The position numbers were made by a program, and so were the translations under genes. Positions 14,963-30,086 of a DNA stretch of 64,000 bases are shown piece after piece. The stretch is from Octopus vulgaris (Eukaryota). The notes under the pieces are model-generated. The model ran no database searches. It was not told the DNA's origin and saw only the letters and a list, made by a program, of their open reading frames with translations. Position 1 is the first letter of the stretch; each line of letters opens with the position of its first letter. Location: contig OX597825.1 in the NCBI GenBank assembly GCA_951406725.2, positions 84,630,001 to 84,694,000 on the forward strand. Direction: 5' to 3'.

Positions 14963-15324
14963 TCCCTGCCTATTTCTTGGTTAAAGGCTGACGTTTTGTT
15001 GCATTAAAGCAAAAGCAGACATTGGTGAGTTTCCGGACTAAGAAACCAAAGCAGTGCTTCTACTATCATAGGAAAACGATCCAGGTAATCACTGGAAATG
15101 ATTAGAAGCTTATCGACCTTCCGGAAGTGCCCGAAATCCCACCCTTGTTCGTTTATGCTAAAAAAACACTCGTGATTAAATTTATTCTTGCCATAACTTA
15201 TATCATGTCATTTTCGAGTAAAGTCCAGGTGGATGTGTGTTTTAAGATAGTAAAGTGCATCATGAAAGAGTTTGGACTGTTATTTTCAGCTACGTTGCAG
15301 TTGTATCACTTGTCGATACATGTT

Positions 15325-15675
15325 TGTCCTGTTTCAGTCTTTGGAGTGCGGCAATGATGCAGCAACGCCTTGAAGGGTTTATGCGAGCAAATGTTTTAAG
15401 CTTGTTACTAAGGCTATTAAACTCTTGTGATGAACCGTTAAGTTATAGACATAAACAAACTAACAACTGTTCTGAGGACGAACACAAACACAAAGGTATA
15501 CATAAATACGATGGGTTTCCCCCACAGACCCCGTCTCTGAAATTCACTCACAAGGCATTCGTTAGCCCGGGTCTAAAGTAGACGCCATTTGTCCAGGGAG
15601 CCGCATAGTAGAACTGAACCCCAAACCACAGGGTTTGAAAGCCAGGTTATTAAGCACACAGCCATGCCTGCACTT
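15325..15675 (-). mobile_element. family B SINE, decayed
   Basis: gaaccgttaagtta...ttcactcacaaggc...actgaacccc...cacagccatgcctgcac. Confidence 0.7.
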
Positions 15676-16644
15676 ATTTCAGTTTAGGAAATATATCGGT
15701 TTCTTTGCATATGTATAATGACTAGATTTATAAAAGATAGGCTACGAGAGTGCCTGATGTCCATATTTCACTTCAAGATATTATCAGCCACCTTACAAAT
15801 GGGATTTATTTAAAACGAGAAATGGAAACGCAATCCTGTTGTCGGCGGGAAGCTTACAAAGATCTCCACGTCATCTAATCTATTGAACTTTGCCTGTTTA
15901 TTATTTCTTATTGTGTGTGATATCGGCTATTTCAAAGCTAAAGAAAATATTTAATAACGCTAGGTATATTTAATTCTACTTTCATTGATCACGTTCGCTA
16001 CCTCGATGAGGTTTAGTTCTTCAAGTAGGAACTGTAATAAAGCCGAACAACAAACGGTTGCGAAAAGAATAGAAACTACTCTCATATTATTATTGGTAAT
16101 GTTTCTTGTAGTCAAAATATTTCCTACTTCTTACTTTCCAAAATTATTGTAGTATAACTAAAGTAAACAAAAACACAGGAGAACACAAGAAAACAAAAAT
16201 ATTTGTTTAAATATTATCGTGGTAAAGGTAATTGTTGATAGAATAAAATTCTCCCAATCTTGGTTCGATTGTTTGTGAATCTTTGATAAAAAAAGGTCTG
16301 ATGATTTTATCGGAGGAAACCTTCTTCTTAACTATTCTACAGAGAATTATTTCTGAAAAGTAGGGAAATGTTTCCAACATTGACGTAACTAGGAAGTTCC
16401 TCTTTCATCTTTCACCATCAAAAAGATTTTAACAGAGTCTTCCAGGGTAAAAAAAACGTTGATAGTAATGTATATGAGGGAGTTGTTGAGTAAATGGTTC
16501 TGTAGCGTTATTGATAATGATGAGGGAACAAAAAAAATCTAGAATGCAAAATAATTGTTATTTTATATAATTATATACAACGGTGCCAAGATACAATGGG
16601 AAATGATAAACTTTGATACACTGAGATTTAGGGAGGATATCTCA

Positions 16645-16686
<42 letters not shown>

Positions 16687-16718
16687 GTATATGTATTTAT
16701 GCATGTATATGTATGTGT

Positions 16719-16781
<63 letters not shown>

Positions 16782-17682
16782 TATATATATATATATGTAT
16801 ATATGTATATGTGTATATATCATGTATCTACCGTATTTACATATGTTTAAACACCCAAATACACACATATAATTCTAATGAATACACTATAGTAATATAT
16901 ATGCAGGTATAAGTCGCTGTGTGTATGTCTTAATATACATATTGGGAGAAAAAGGGAGAGAGAGAGAGAGAAGTTAACGTGATGTGTGTGCGTGTGTGTT
17001 AAATGAATAGCTGTTGTTATATAATATAGATTTTTGTTACAAATTACTTTGCTCACGCTCCGTAATACATTGTTAACGTAGCAGATACTTCGCTATAAAA
17101 TACCGAATTCTTAACTTGAAAGAATGGGAGAAAACGTCAAATATAATAATAATCCTGTAACACTATATAACTATAAAAACGAACATACAAATATACGTAA
17201 AAACGTCCATACGTATATACATATATGCCCGTATGGTTATATATACGTGTGTGTGTGAGCGTGTGAGCGTATATATATGCGTACATGTGTATAGTTTCAT
17301 ATATATGTATACATATAGATGAGTGTGTAGGTGTCCATGTATGTGTTTCATGCGAGTGTGAGTGAGCATATGTATATATGTACATGAACGTGGGTGTGCG
17401 TGCACGCATGTGTATGTATGTACATGAGAGCATACGCGAATCCTATGAGTAGCTTTTACTTTCTCCCTTTTAAGGTTTTTTCCCTTTATTTAACGATCAT
17501 TCTTGTCTTAATAACTAATGAGATGCCGAGTCAAATTTCCTCCCCGACATCCGAAACTGGGAGTTTTATTATGGTAACCGAACAATTTTCACATATTTTA
17601 GAGATAAATTCCTCTATTTAGATAATATCGAGGTATCAGTCATTCTTTTGTTGTCATAATATTACTATCAATATATATATGT

Positions 17683-18070
17683 AGGCGCAGAATGTGGCTG
17701 TGTGGTAATTAGCTTGCTTACTAACTACATGTCCGGGTTCAGTCCCACTGTGTGGCACCTTGGACAAGTGTCTTTTACTATAGCGTCGGGCCGACCAAAG
17801 CCTTCTGAGTTGATTTGGTAGACGGAAACTTAAAAAGAAGCTCGTCGTATATATGTATGTGTGTCTGTGTCTGTCCCCCCAACACTGCCCGACATGCGAT
17901 GCTGGTGTGTTTACTTCTCCGTCAATTAGTGGTTCGGCAAAAAGAGAACCGATAGAATAAGTACTAGGCTTACGAAAAATAAGCCCTGTGGGTCGGATTT
18001 GCTCGACTAAATGGTGGTGCTCCAGTATGGCCGCAGTCAAATGACTGAAAGAAGTAAAAGAATAAAAGAA
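17683..18070 (+). mobile_element. family B SINE, full length
   Basis: tRNA-like head, gtggcaccttggacaagtgtctt (CORE-like), internal TG/TA tract, tail ggtgctccagtatggccgcagtcaaatgactgaaa. Confidence 0.9.
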
Positions 18071-18071
18071 A

Positions 18072-18118
<47 letters not shown>

Positions 18119-19040
18119 GAGAGAGAGATCGTTAGAGGGAGAGAGGGAGGGAGAAAGAGAAACATATATTTAGGGATGGTCATTTTGTTTTTATATTCTT
18201 ATGATTACATATTTATGTATACCTGCACATATATATGTATGTATGAATATGCATATATATAACTTTGAGTGCATATGTATCTATATCAATGAGTGTATGT
18301 ATAATTGTGTGTACGTATCTACTGGCGTCCAAGGTAGGTCTCTTCTTTATCGTATTGCAAACCTTGAACTTCTGGCAGAAACTTTTGTAGTTTTGTGTGT
18401 GTGTGATTACATATATCTAACGTTTGTCAACGTTTACAATCCAGTGTTGGGTTCGTTATTAATCTGTATGTCGTTCCATATCGAGAAAACCTACAATCAA
18501 TGATACTCTGTGTTTGAGAATCCCAAACTTTTCTTTCAACCAAGGAACCTAGCTCGAGGCTCTCCAAGGTGTTGTATTCTAAAAGGGAGAACGTACACGA
18601 CTTCAGGGAGATTTTCCTATTTCTGGAAAGACCCCTTAGAAGCTCACGCTCACATTTTGTTTATTTCACACTCACATAGCGGTTCGTGATAACAAAAGCA
18701 ATGAAATAATTACTGGATTTAAATATTTTACTTAAACACTCAGGTCGGTACGACCTATTAAAACCCAAAAAGGCGCTGCTTCAGCGTGGCCGCATTTCAA
18801 TGATAAAAAAGTATCGAGTATATAGATAAAATACAAATATATATGTGTGTGTGGGGGTGTGTGTGTATCTATAAATATATATATGCATATATAGATATAT
18901 ATATACATATATATATACACTCACATATACATAAATATAGAAAGAGAGAGTGACAGAGAGAGAGAGAGAGAGAGATAAAAGAGAGAAAACTACACGCACG
19001 TACATATATATATATTCATACTTACATACATACATACATA

Positions 19041-19085
<45 letters not shown>

Positions 19086-20018
19086 GAGAGAGAGAGAGGG
19101 AGAAAGAGAAAGAGGGAGAGAAAGAGAGAAAGAGGGAGAGAGAGATTCAAAGAATTATATATGCATGTATATGTACTATATTAGTGTTTTAAAGTGTAAA
19201 TCTATGCAAAGATCTGAAGCAAAATATTCTCTTTAAACTTTGTATCTCATCTACTTTTGGGTTAAGATGGTCAACAGAGTACTGAAGAATAAAAAGAAGA
19301 TTCCTTCCGATAAGAATTAGAGCGTTGGGCGATAATGGGTGACTAAAAAAAGGAGCTTAAAAGATAATTTAGTGTATAATCGAAGAATGAGAAATATGAA
19401 GAAAGAAAATGAGCAAAAATTATGAAAAGCAAAAAGAATATACTAGACAACTATTTACAAAGAGAAAGACAGATAAGAGTGTGAAAATGGGAAATATCTC
19501 GAAGAAGAAGTGAAAGAGGTGTATTAGAGAGAAAGAGAATATTGGTAAATGAAAGGTATGAAGAAGTGGAATCTCAAAAGATAGCAATCGCTTGAGAGAA
19601 TGAAGAAATTTATGGCTGACGTTGCTGTTCAAAGACCAAATATGATGATAGCATACGTGATTGCTGGCTTGTAATCAATGTAGTGAACTTGAAAGACTGG
19701 CGATTAGTAAAACATAAACTAATGGCAACAGCATCGAATTAAGGAATGGTTTTCAAAGCAGGGACTGGGTTAATTTTGTCTTTGAATATTTATATTAAAT
19801 TATATAGTAACATCTTCCCTGTACTATATTTCGACAAATAAGCTGATTTTAGAAGCTACTACGACGTATATTAAGCAGTTTCATTTTGTATGTAATCTTG
19901 ACCTTACTTGTATTCCGTAACTCTTCTTTAATGTACTGTTATTGTGGTGCTCGTGATTCCTAGCACTATGTAGGTCATTAGATACACACACACACACACG
20001 CATGTTTCTTCTTTTCTC

Positions 20019-20055
<37 letters not shown>

Positions 20056-20073
20056 GTATCTATCTGGTTGTCG

Positions 20074-20110
<37 letters not shown>

Positions 20111-20432
20111 TGTGTGTTTGTATGTGTGTGTATATATATGCAATTATTTCGTAACATACTATTATAAAATAGATCTATTTCGTATTTCCTAGATTCTCAT
20201 TTCTGGTCTTCAGATACATCCGTTTTCTTTCTTTGACTAAGTTGAGCGGATTTTGTTCTTCCGTTTGATCGTTCATCCATCCATCCATCAATCCCTTCAT
20301 CAACTGATAAATCCACCTATCCTACGATCTCTGTCATTTATTTCTTTTTGTCCCTGTCCCCCATTCTCGCTCTCTATGTATATATACCTATATCTATATG
20401 TATATCTTTATGTATGTATGTATACATGCATT

Positions 20433-20513
<81 letters not shown>

Positions 20514-20956
20514 GACAAATACTTACAACTAGGTAAATCTAAACTAAAACTCCGCCTGTACTCAAAAACACTAGATGGAATTAACTCGTTCACTAACTGA
20601 ACATTTTTGTGCAGTCATCACAGTTGTTCTCATATGTCGTTCATTGACAGCCATATATCCTTATTATTTCTGAGCAGATATTATGAGTACAGCTGGTAGA
20701 TGAACTTGAAGGTCTTCTTTCGTCAATTGAAAATCCTAAAATTGATGCAACCGCTTCAGATGGTCCAATATAATTACATATTAGGTATTGACTAATTTAT
20801 TTATCATTGTTTGTTTGAACGGCAGCTTGATCATTTCCTTTCAGCGTGTACTTGATGACATACTAAATTGACCTCACTGCGGCAACGATTTCAACGTTGC
20901 AGTGGAATTTGAATGCTCTTAAAAGAGTTTCGTTATAAGGTAAACCCATTTGTTCT

Positions 20957-21034
<78 letters not shown>

Positions 21035-21071
21035 CTTTCTATCAATCTATCTATCAATCTATCTATCTATC

Positions 21072-21128
<57 letters not shown>

Positions 21129-21134
21129 GTATAT

Positions 21135-21256
21135 ACGAGAAAGAAGCAACAAGAATGGATTGGTTTTTAGTACAATTGTTTCATACAATTTGTATGAAAC
21201 AATTGTATGAAACAATTGTACTAAAAACCAATCCATTCTTGTTGCTTCTTTCTCGT
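21135..21256. repeat. perfect 54-bp inverted repeat with an internal 13-bp duplication
   Basis: 21135-21188 is the exact reverse complement of 21203-21256; ttgtatgaaacaa is duplicated at 21190-21215. Confidence 0.95.
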
Positions 21257-21469
21257 TTATAATCACCCCACATTACTGTATGGATAACACCATATAGTTT
21301 TTCTGGTGCATCTAAGTTAAGTACCACATTCAAGTAAATTCATTGGAAGTTACTTGAATCTTAATTGCTTTGATTGGACACACATGTATATATATATATA
21401 TATACATTCCTCTTGTTCGAAAACATTTTTGTAATGTAAACCTACATATTTGTAGGTTTACAGATACGG

Positions 21470-21670
21470 ATTCATTAATAGTTTCAAATATTTTGGTACA
21501 ATGCCAACAATTTTGCAGGGATAAGTCGATTATATCGGCCTCAATGCTCAACTGGTATTTCTCTTATAAACCCACAAAAAGATGAAAGATAAAGACGACA
21601 CCGGTGCCATTTGAACTCAGAACCTAAAGACAGACAAAATGGTGCAAATTTCTGTCACTTCGGCACCTTA
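21470..21670 (-). mobile_element. family A SINE, decayed
   Basis: aaagatgaaagataaagacgaca...atttgaactcagaac. Confidence 0.65.
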
Positions 21671-22165
21671 ATGACACGGGTGTAATACCATAAACAGTAT
21701 ATAGATTCCCCTCTTGTTTGACAACCTTTAAATGTGGCTGAGATTAATATAGTAATCCCCTGGGTTAATGCTCAAATGAAATGGTATATGCGTGCGTATG
21801 TGTGTGCATACATACATATACATATTCAGAAACATTTCCATGACATAAGGTGTTCCAGCTATGAAGACACGTGTATAATTAATACGTTTTTGTGCCAGTA
21901 AGTTTTTGAAGAGTTGGCGTATTCTGATGGTACAGTAAAGGAAGAATCAACAGCAAAAAGATAGGATACCAATAGTGTGTGAATCCTTACATATATATCT
22001 ATGTATATACATATAAATATATATATATATATATATATATGGGTGTGTATATATATGGATACATATGTATAAATATATATGTGTGTATGTGTGTATAAAT
22101 ACATATTCATCTGAAACTAAATTTTGCTAAACTTATATATGCATATATATGTATATATATGTATA

Positions 22166-22207
<42 letters not shown>

Positions 22208-22217
22208 AATATACATA

Positions 22218-22263
<46 letters not shown>

Positions 22264-22649
22264 AATATACATATATTTATATATATGTATATATATATGT
22301 GTATATATAAATATACATATATATGTGTGTGTGTGAGGATAGATTTATGTTTGAATGTGTGTATAAAATGTATACACATCAAATCATTCAATTTTTGCAC
22401 ATTTGTCCTTTTATTAATTTTATATCTACTTTTTTTTCTTCTCCTTCATTGTTATTGTTATTATTATTATCTTTTTATCTTTTTATTATTTCTCTTTTTC
22501 GTTTTGTTCTTTCGTCTCCAATACCTCAATTCAGTAGGGCAATATGCCATGGAGATAAAAGCAGAGGAACCCACACAAAATAATTTATCTACAACCACGG
22601 CTCCTGCCCCTGCCCCTACTGCTACTGCCACCGCCGCTGCAGCTACTGT

Positions 22650-22715
<66 letters not shown>

Positions 22716-22976
22716 TACCACCACCACCACCACCACCACCACCACCACCACTACGACTAATACTACGACTACTACTACGACTACTACTATTACTGCTACT
22801 ACTGCTACTACTACTACTACTACTACCACTACCACTACTAATATTACAACTGGTGCTGCCATTACTACTACTACTCCTACTACCACTACTATTACTACTA
22901 CTACTACCACTGCTGCTGCCTCTGCTTCTGCTGCTACTACTTCTACCACTACTAATATTACTACTGCTGTTACTGT

Positions 22977-23031
<55 letters not shown>

Positions 23032-23346
23032 ACCACTCCAGCTGCTGCTGCAGTTGCTGATAATTTTATTATATATATATATATATTTCCTTTTTTTTTT
23101 TTTTTTTGCAGCAATTCTTGTAGTTTGTCATAGATTTCATTTCTGCAAAAGCTTTCTATTTTTAGCCCTGCTAATAGCATTTGTATTTAAAAGCCAATTT
23201 CACTTCTAGTTTTCTTCTTTCTGCAAAATGTTTTCGCGATTTGATTGTGTGTGTAACGACATTCTCCTTCTGCTTGCTTAACGCTTACTTGAAAATGTTA
23301 CTTCAAATGATTTATAATAGAGCCGCACGATATATGCATACGCACA

Positions 23347-23402
<56 letters not shown>

Positions 23403-23563
23403 CTTGTACAATCAGCGTCTATATACATAGCGATTTACGTCAATCATAGCAGAATAAATTCAGTCAGCCAACTATACACTGATACATAGATAAATTCATA
23501 CATGCGTACATAAAAACATACATATATACATACCCGCTTGTGCACACAATATATTTCATTAGC

Positions 23564-23645
<82 letters not shown>

Positions 23646-23969
23646 TATCAATCTCTCTCTCTCTCTATCTATCTATCTGTCTCTCTGTCTGTCTGCCTCG
23701 TATGTAGATAGGATTATAATCCAAGTAGTGTCCTCATTATGTTAATTTTAGTCTCGTTATATTTATAATTGGAGCTGTCTTTACAGATTTTACTCTACGT
23801 ATCACTTTACAAAAACTATTGTTAATGAAACATTTAATACATAATAAGTAACGCCAAAAAATTCCAGTTTTCTGAATTAAAACACACACACACGCACACA
23901 CATGCGCTTACATACACATGTCTATATGTATATATTATGTGTACATGTATCTTTTACTTTAAAGACTAT

Positions 23970-24290
23970 TTGCTACCACAATGTGGCTGTCCTGGAGGGA
24001 GGACGATAACTACTGTTGTTTAGCCCCAGGAAACATCTTTTCTAGCTCACTATAAACATCGTTTTCAGCTGGTTATATGAAACAATATCTATGTCCTTAT
24101 ATTTTCAAACATGAAGCCTAACGCTACTATCCAGCACAAAACAGCATCTGTGGACTGGTTTCTGGGTTATTGCTCTCTATCAGCACAGAATAGCTGTTTG
24201 ACTAGGTGGCGTTGCTGAATTCCCGTAAGAAAATTTATAATTTTCAGAGTGACACACAAATAACTCATCTCATAAATAGAAACATTATCA
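23970..24290 (-). mobile_element. PLE-like terminal repeat remnant (family P1)
   Basis: Alignable with 25850-26140; carries a hammerhead motif. Confidence 0.6.
24147..24189 (-). ncRNA. minimal type-I hammerhead ribozyme motif, decayed
   Basis: TCTGTG-CTGATAGA-gagcaataaccca-GAAA-CCAG-TC-CACAGA; 6-bp stem I, GUC triplet, one extra base in the core. Confidence 0.6.
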
Positions 24291-24639
24291 TTTCTAAATC
24301 TCTCAAGACTATGGCTATGCTAAGGCCCTGCCTTGAAGAATCATAGTCGAACTAATCCACTGTATTACTTATATCTTTTTAAAGACTTGTTGTTTTCCAT
24401 CGGTCTCCATGATGCTGAGAACGACATGGCTGAGAACGTCAAGTCGGGATTCGAACAGTCTCGGACATTAATCTCATCACAGGGTGGGGTGGGGGTCTTT
24501 GCTTGAGTTGCCCGGTCTTGCTTTGCCTTCTTGCTTCGTTTTCAATCATTCCTCTCTCCTCGAAAATGGAACAGAAATGAAATTTTTCTTCACTAGGATG
24601 GGCGGTCGGCGGATTGTCTTTGACAGTGTATCGAAAAAC

Positions 24640-24850
24640 TTCAACAAGCTTCTTAACATCAAATGACAGGACCGACGCGCAAACCACTAAGTGCTCACTC
24701 GCTCAGAAATGATGAGCGTTGAAGCTGTCATCCTCCATCATCGCCTTTGGTGGTCAGAACATGTCATCCGCATGGCCACTTCTAGACGCCCATGGGCCAT
24801 CTTGTACATCGCGCTCGTCAATGTCAAACGACACCGAGGAGCCCCAAACC
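24640..24850 (+). mobile_element. RTE-clade LINE 3' ORF fragment
   Basis: KLLNIK*QDRRANH*VLTRSEMMSVEAVILHHRLWWSEHVIRMATSRRPWAILYIALVNVKRHRGAP, matching the RTE C-terminal (I.WQD..N..VL...RLRW.GHV.RM...R.P...LY......R.RG.P) pattern. Confidence 0.85.
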
Positions 24851-25146
24851 ATATCTGTATATAGTTTTACATATATATATGTGTGTGTGTGTGTGGATAT
24901 ATATTTATATACATACATATAAGTATATAAATAGGCATGTATATATATATATAATATTTCTGTATGTATGTATGTATATCTATATCTAAATCTATCTTCC
25001 TATATGTGTGTATGTCTGGGTAGATATATATTTATATACATACATATAAGTATATAGATAGGCATGTATATATGCATAAATATATATATATATCTGTGTG
25101 TATGTATATATACCTATATCTATATCTATCTATCTATCTATCTATA

Positions 25147-25234
<88 letters not shown>

Positions 25235-25849
25235 TGTGTATACACACACATAAGAGTAGACATACATGTACCAGTAACCGCTCCGGTCCCCCTGACCACC
25301 CAGTCTACTTCACGCTGAAGTCATCGAAATATATATACATATATGCGCGCTTGTGTGTATGCAGGAATGTATCCTCCATATTTGCTTACATATGCATCGT
25401 TAATTAACTGTTTAGAAACTATAGAAACATTTATTACCCGTATGAATTTAGCAATAATGTAATTAAGCAAAAATTATCGTATTCAACCATGAATCTAATG
25501 AAATCATTTCGATGGCATTTGAATGATTTATATAAATAGTTTATGGTTTTGTCATCATTATATAATATTTTAATTTGAATTGCGGTAATATATGCTTTCA
25601 CAAATATATAATCGATGCCATTTCGTGAGAAACAACTACGAAATTCCACTCATATTAAATGTCACTGTGTTAAAAATAAAAGAAAATACAGGCAGTCATT
25701 TATACGATACACTATGGTTATTAAAATATATACCAATTATTTTCACTTGCATGGCTGAGCGTATGTCTGCCTCCCCATTGACCTGAAATCATGTCAAAAG
25801 CAACGGCTTCGAAATCGCTAAAAACATGTCTATGTCAGTAAAGATTATT

Positions 25850-26198
25850 TGCCAACATAACATGGCAGTCCTGGTTTAGGACGAATGTTGCTGTAATTTA
25901 GCCCCATGAGAAATCGTGTCCAGCCGGCTATACGACACGATCTGTGTCCTTATATTTTCGAACAAAGGAATCTAGCACCTCCACTCAGCTCAAAACAATA
26001 TCTGTGTATCGCGATTTCCGGGTTATTTCCTTTCATCAGCACAGAATAATTGCTCGGCTAGATGTGGAGCTGCCAAATTCCCGTTCGAAATATATGGTTT
26101 CCAAAGTGAAAACTAGTCACTGATCTATAAATTAGAAAATTAATATCGTATAGCCAGCTGGAGACGATGTCTCCTGGGACTAAATTACAGCAACATTC
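25850..26198 (-). mobile_element. PLE-like terminal repeat (family P1) with inverted partial copy
   Basis: 25883-25935 and 26146-26198 are imperfect inverted repeats enclosing a hammerhead motif. Confidence 0.65.
26001..26045 (-). ncRNA. minimal type-I hammerhead ribozyme motif
   Basis: TCTGTG-CTGATGA-aaggaaataacccg-GAAA-TCGCGA-TA-CACAGA; intact core, palindromic stem III, weak stem II. Confidence 0.72.
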
Positions 26199-26693
26199 TT
26201 TCAGTTGGCAAACATATTTACTCCAAAGTGCTGTTGCTGAATATCTCTCGTTGCGAGATTTAAATATAGTGATTTTCTAATCTATATACCAGTTATATAT
26301 TACGCAGTTTGGTTACATCAACACTGTACATTGTGAGTCCTATCTTAAGAAGTCCAATGTACAACAATTTAATTGGAGCTTGGCTATCTTTCGCAGAAAC
26401 TAGTAAACTTTTTGACTACCAATCTCTATATAGTCTAAAATCATCTGACCTCTGGCCAAACAGGTTCACCTTTGGTTAATTGGCCCCCATGGGACTTAAG
26501 GCTCTTATCTAAGTTAAGGTAAACAAGGAGCAAGACGGGGAAATTCGGATTTCAAGCAAATCCCTCCTACACACACATAGACACACATACACACACAAAC
26601 ATACGCACAAGCATACAGTTACACACTGAGCACACATAAACAGACGCGCTCACACACACACACACACGTATGTATTCCAATAAATATACGCGC

Positions 26694-26890
26694 CAAGGCG
26701 ACGAGCTGGCATGGCCAACCGTGTTTACTTAATTTCCTCTGTTTTTACGTTCTGTGTTCGAATGACACCGAGGTCGACTTGACCTTTCATCATTCCGTGG
26801 TCAATAAAATACGAAACAGTTGAAAACTGGGGCGGATATAATCCCCTTACATCCTTCACTGATATTGTTGAAGATGGGCCAAAAATAAAA
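26694..26890 (+). mobile_element. family A SINE
   Basis: aaggcgacgagctggca...gaggtcgacttgacctttcatcattccgtggtcaataaaa. Confidence 0.75.
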
Positions 26891-26909
26891 AGCAATCTAT
26901 GGATATAAA

Positions 26910-27008
<99 letters not shown>

Positions 27009-27039
27009 GTATATACATATATATATATACATATATATA

Positions 27040-27230
27040 TATTCTACGCTAGGCACAAGGATGGAGGGCCAGTCGATTAGATCGACCCCAGTACGCAACT
27101 AGTACTTAATCTTATCGAATCCAAAAGGCAAAGTCGACCTCGGCGGAATTTGAACTCAGAACATGAAGACAGACGAAATATAACTAAGTATTTCCCCCAG
27201 CGTGCTAACCTTTCTGCCACCTCGCCGCCT
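27040..27230 (-). mobile_element. family A SINE
   Basis: aaggcaaagtcgacctcggcggaatttgaactcagaac...ttctgccacctcgccgcctt. Confidence 0.85.
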
Positions 27231-27341
27231 TACACACACACACCCACACCCCCACACACACACCTATGTATATGTATATGTATGCACATATAGGTATGCA
27301 TATACATATAAATATAAATATATATATGCATATATATATAT

Positions 27342-27376
<35 letters not shown>

Positions 27377-27623
27377 ATTCGGTTGTGATCGATTAGAACT
27401 ACATTCTAATACCACACATCAGTCATTCTGTCTCGAGTCTTCCTTTCATGTTTCCACCTAATAACTTTTAGTAATCCAAATTAATCTTTCAACCTCAATT
27501 GAATAGTGCACAACAATCGGACATCTCTAACGCCGAACACCTCACCCATGTGGACACTGCAATAAACTTCCTTCCCTAATCAACATAAAGACAACAGATC
27601 CAAACGCTGGACTGCAAATCTTC

Positions 27624-27709
<86 letters not shown>

Positions 27710-28129
27710 GAATGTATATATGTATGTGTGCATTCTGTAAGTTGTAGTTCTTCAGCTCTGTAGGTAACAATTGGTGGTGAAATATTTTTAAAATTCATAC
27801 AATTTTGTCCAATCGTATATATTACGTTTACAAGAAATCATAAATATTAATTCCATTTGGGGAATTCCAAGCACGCACTCTTGTCTTTTCTTTTGATCTT
27901 GCCGCCTTCTACTATATTTGGTTGCATTTGACACACATAATTGAAGAGCAAAGCGAGATAAAAACGCTGGTGAGAAACACCAGAGTATATATACGTATGT
28001 ATGTATGTATATGTATATGTCTGTGTGTGTGTGCATGTGCGTGTATATATATATATATATATATGTAAATACGAGTATATATATATTCATATATTTGATG
28101 TGTTCAATATTGTTGTATCACCTCACACA

Positions 28130-28335
<206 letters not shown>

Positions 28336-28952
28336 CAAAGATACCAACAATAGACTTGGAATGCATAGATAAGCGGCGATGCTTGCCAATGTTTCTCTGC
28401 ATATCTGAATCAATGAAACAGTTCTCCAGAAATATTTGGTGTTTGATGTAAAACTAGACGGAATCTCATTGCAATTCTTTCACCTGAAAACTACTGCTCA
28501 CTCACTTCCTCCCCCTCCTCCACCACCAACCACCCCACCCCCGCCGCCCTCGCTGCCTTTCTTTCTCCAGTCACTCCTCAATATTTCTGCATATCTTCGT
28601 TTTATCAATATTGATTATCTTCTCTTTTCTTTTTCTTTTTCTTTTACCTCTCCTTCATTTGGTCATTCTGTGTACTTACGTTCTTCACTAGTATCTTACT
28701 TTATCTTATTATTTCAAACAAGTAAACTCAATAAGGAATAGCAGCAGCAGCAGCCACAGCAACAGCAGCAGCAGTAGTAGTAGCAGCACCTTCAAATTTT
28801 ACCCCAAGGCTAGCAATTTCGTATGAGGAGAAAGTCGATTACATCAAACCCAGTGTACAACTGGTACTTATTCGATCCGACGAGCTAACGTTTCTGCCAG
28901 ATCGCAGAAATTAAAATTTTTTACTATTATTATTATTATTGCTGTTGTTGTT

Positions 28953-29104
<152 letters not shown>

Positions 29105-29105
29105 C

Positions 29106-29175
<70 letters not shown>

Positions 29176-29176
29176 G

Positions 29177-29862
29177 AGCTGCACAATATATTCACTGGGT
29201 AATTTGCAAAAACCTGGATTTGCCCCATGAAAAAAACTGGTGGGAACACAATCCACCTCCTGTGCTTGAAAATGACCACATCTCACTCCTCTGGAACTTC
29301 ACCATTCAAACTGACAGGAAGATAGATGCAAATAGGCCAGACATTATATTGAAAGACTTCAGACAAAGAACATGCCTCCTCATTGATATGACTGTCCCAA
29401 TCGATATAAACTTATCTGTCAAGACCTACCAAAAACTGAGCAAATATAAAGATCTTGAAATAGAAATCAGCAAAATATGGAAGCTGAAGACTAAAACAAT
29501 ACCTGTTGTCATAGGTGCCCTGGGAATGATAGCGAAAGGACTTTCAATGATTGCAATGAAAAGAAAGATTGCTACCTAACTCAGATACCAGGAAACCCCA
29601 AAATGGCAGAAATTCAAAAGATAGTGCTCATGGGAACTGCTCATATCCTACGCAAAATACTCTCTATGTAATCCCAAGGTTTAAAACAAACTTTTTTTTC
29701 ATTTATTTTTTTTTATGTATTAGACATTCACTAGTACAACACCAAAAAAAAAAAAAAAGAAAACAAATATATGGCACAGAACTTCCAACCTGTTGTCTCT
29801 TGAGGTCTCTGGGTGAGACTTGGAGCCAACTTGTACAGACATAAAGCATAAGTCAAACATAG
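29177..29862 (+). mobile_element. R4/Dong-type LINE, 5'-truncated (RLE endonuclease domain + 3' UTR)
   Basis: WWEHNPPPVLENDHISLLWNFTIQTDRKIDANRPDIILKD...CLLIDMTVP...KLSKYKDL...IPVVIGALG...QKIVLMGTAHILRKILSM*; (AAT)n on both sides. Confidence 0.92.
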
Positions 29863-29883
29863 AATAATAATAATAATAATAAT

Positions 29884-30055
29884 AAAACTGTTCTCAGTAT
29901 TCAAGGAAGCTGACAAATACAAACAAGAAATCATACCACCTAACAAATATGAAGAGGAAGGAGAAGAAGAAGAAGAAGTAGAAGAAGAAGAAGAAGAAGA
30001 AGAAGAAGAAGAAGAAGAAGAAGAAGAAGAATATGAAGAAGAAGAAGAAGAAGAA

Positions 30056-30086
<31 letters not shown>

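Noticed and set aside
16292-16326. CTGATGA...GAAA hammerhead candidate
   Set aside because: No stem II, stem III or UH site.
22159-23133. 324-aa Thr-rich mucin-like ORF
   Set aside because: Begins in (TA)n and is mostly (ACT)/(GCT) repeats; only a short unique part is kept as a weak exon candidate.
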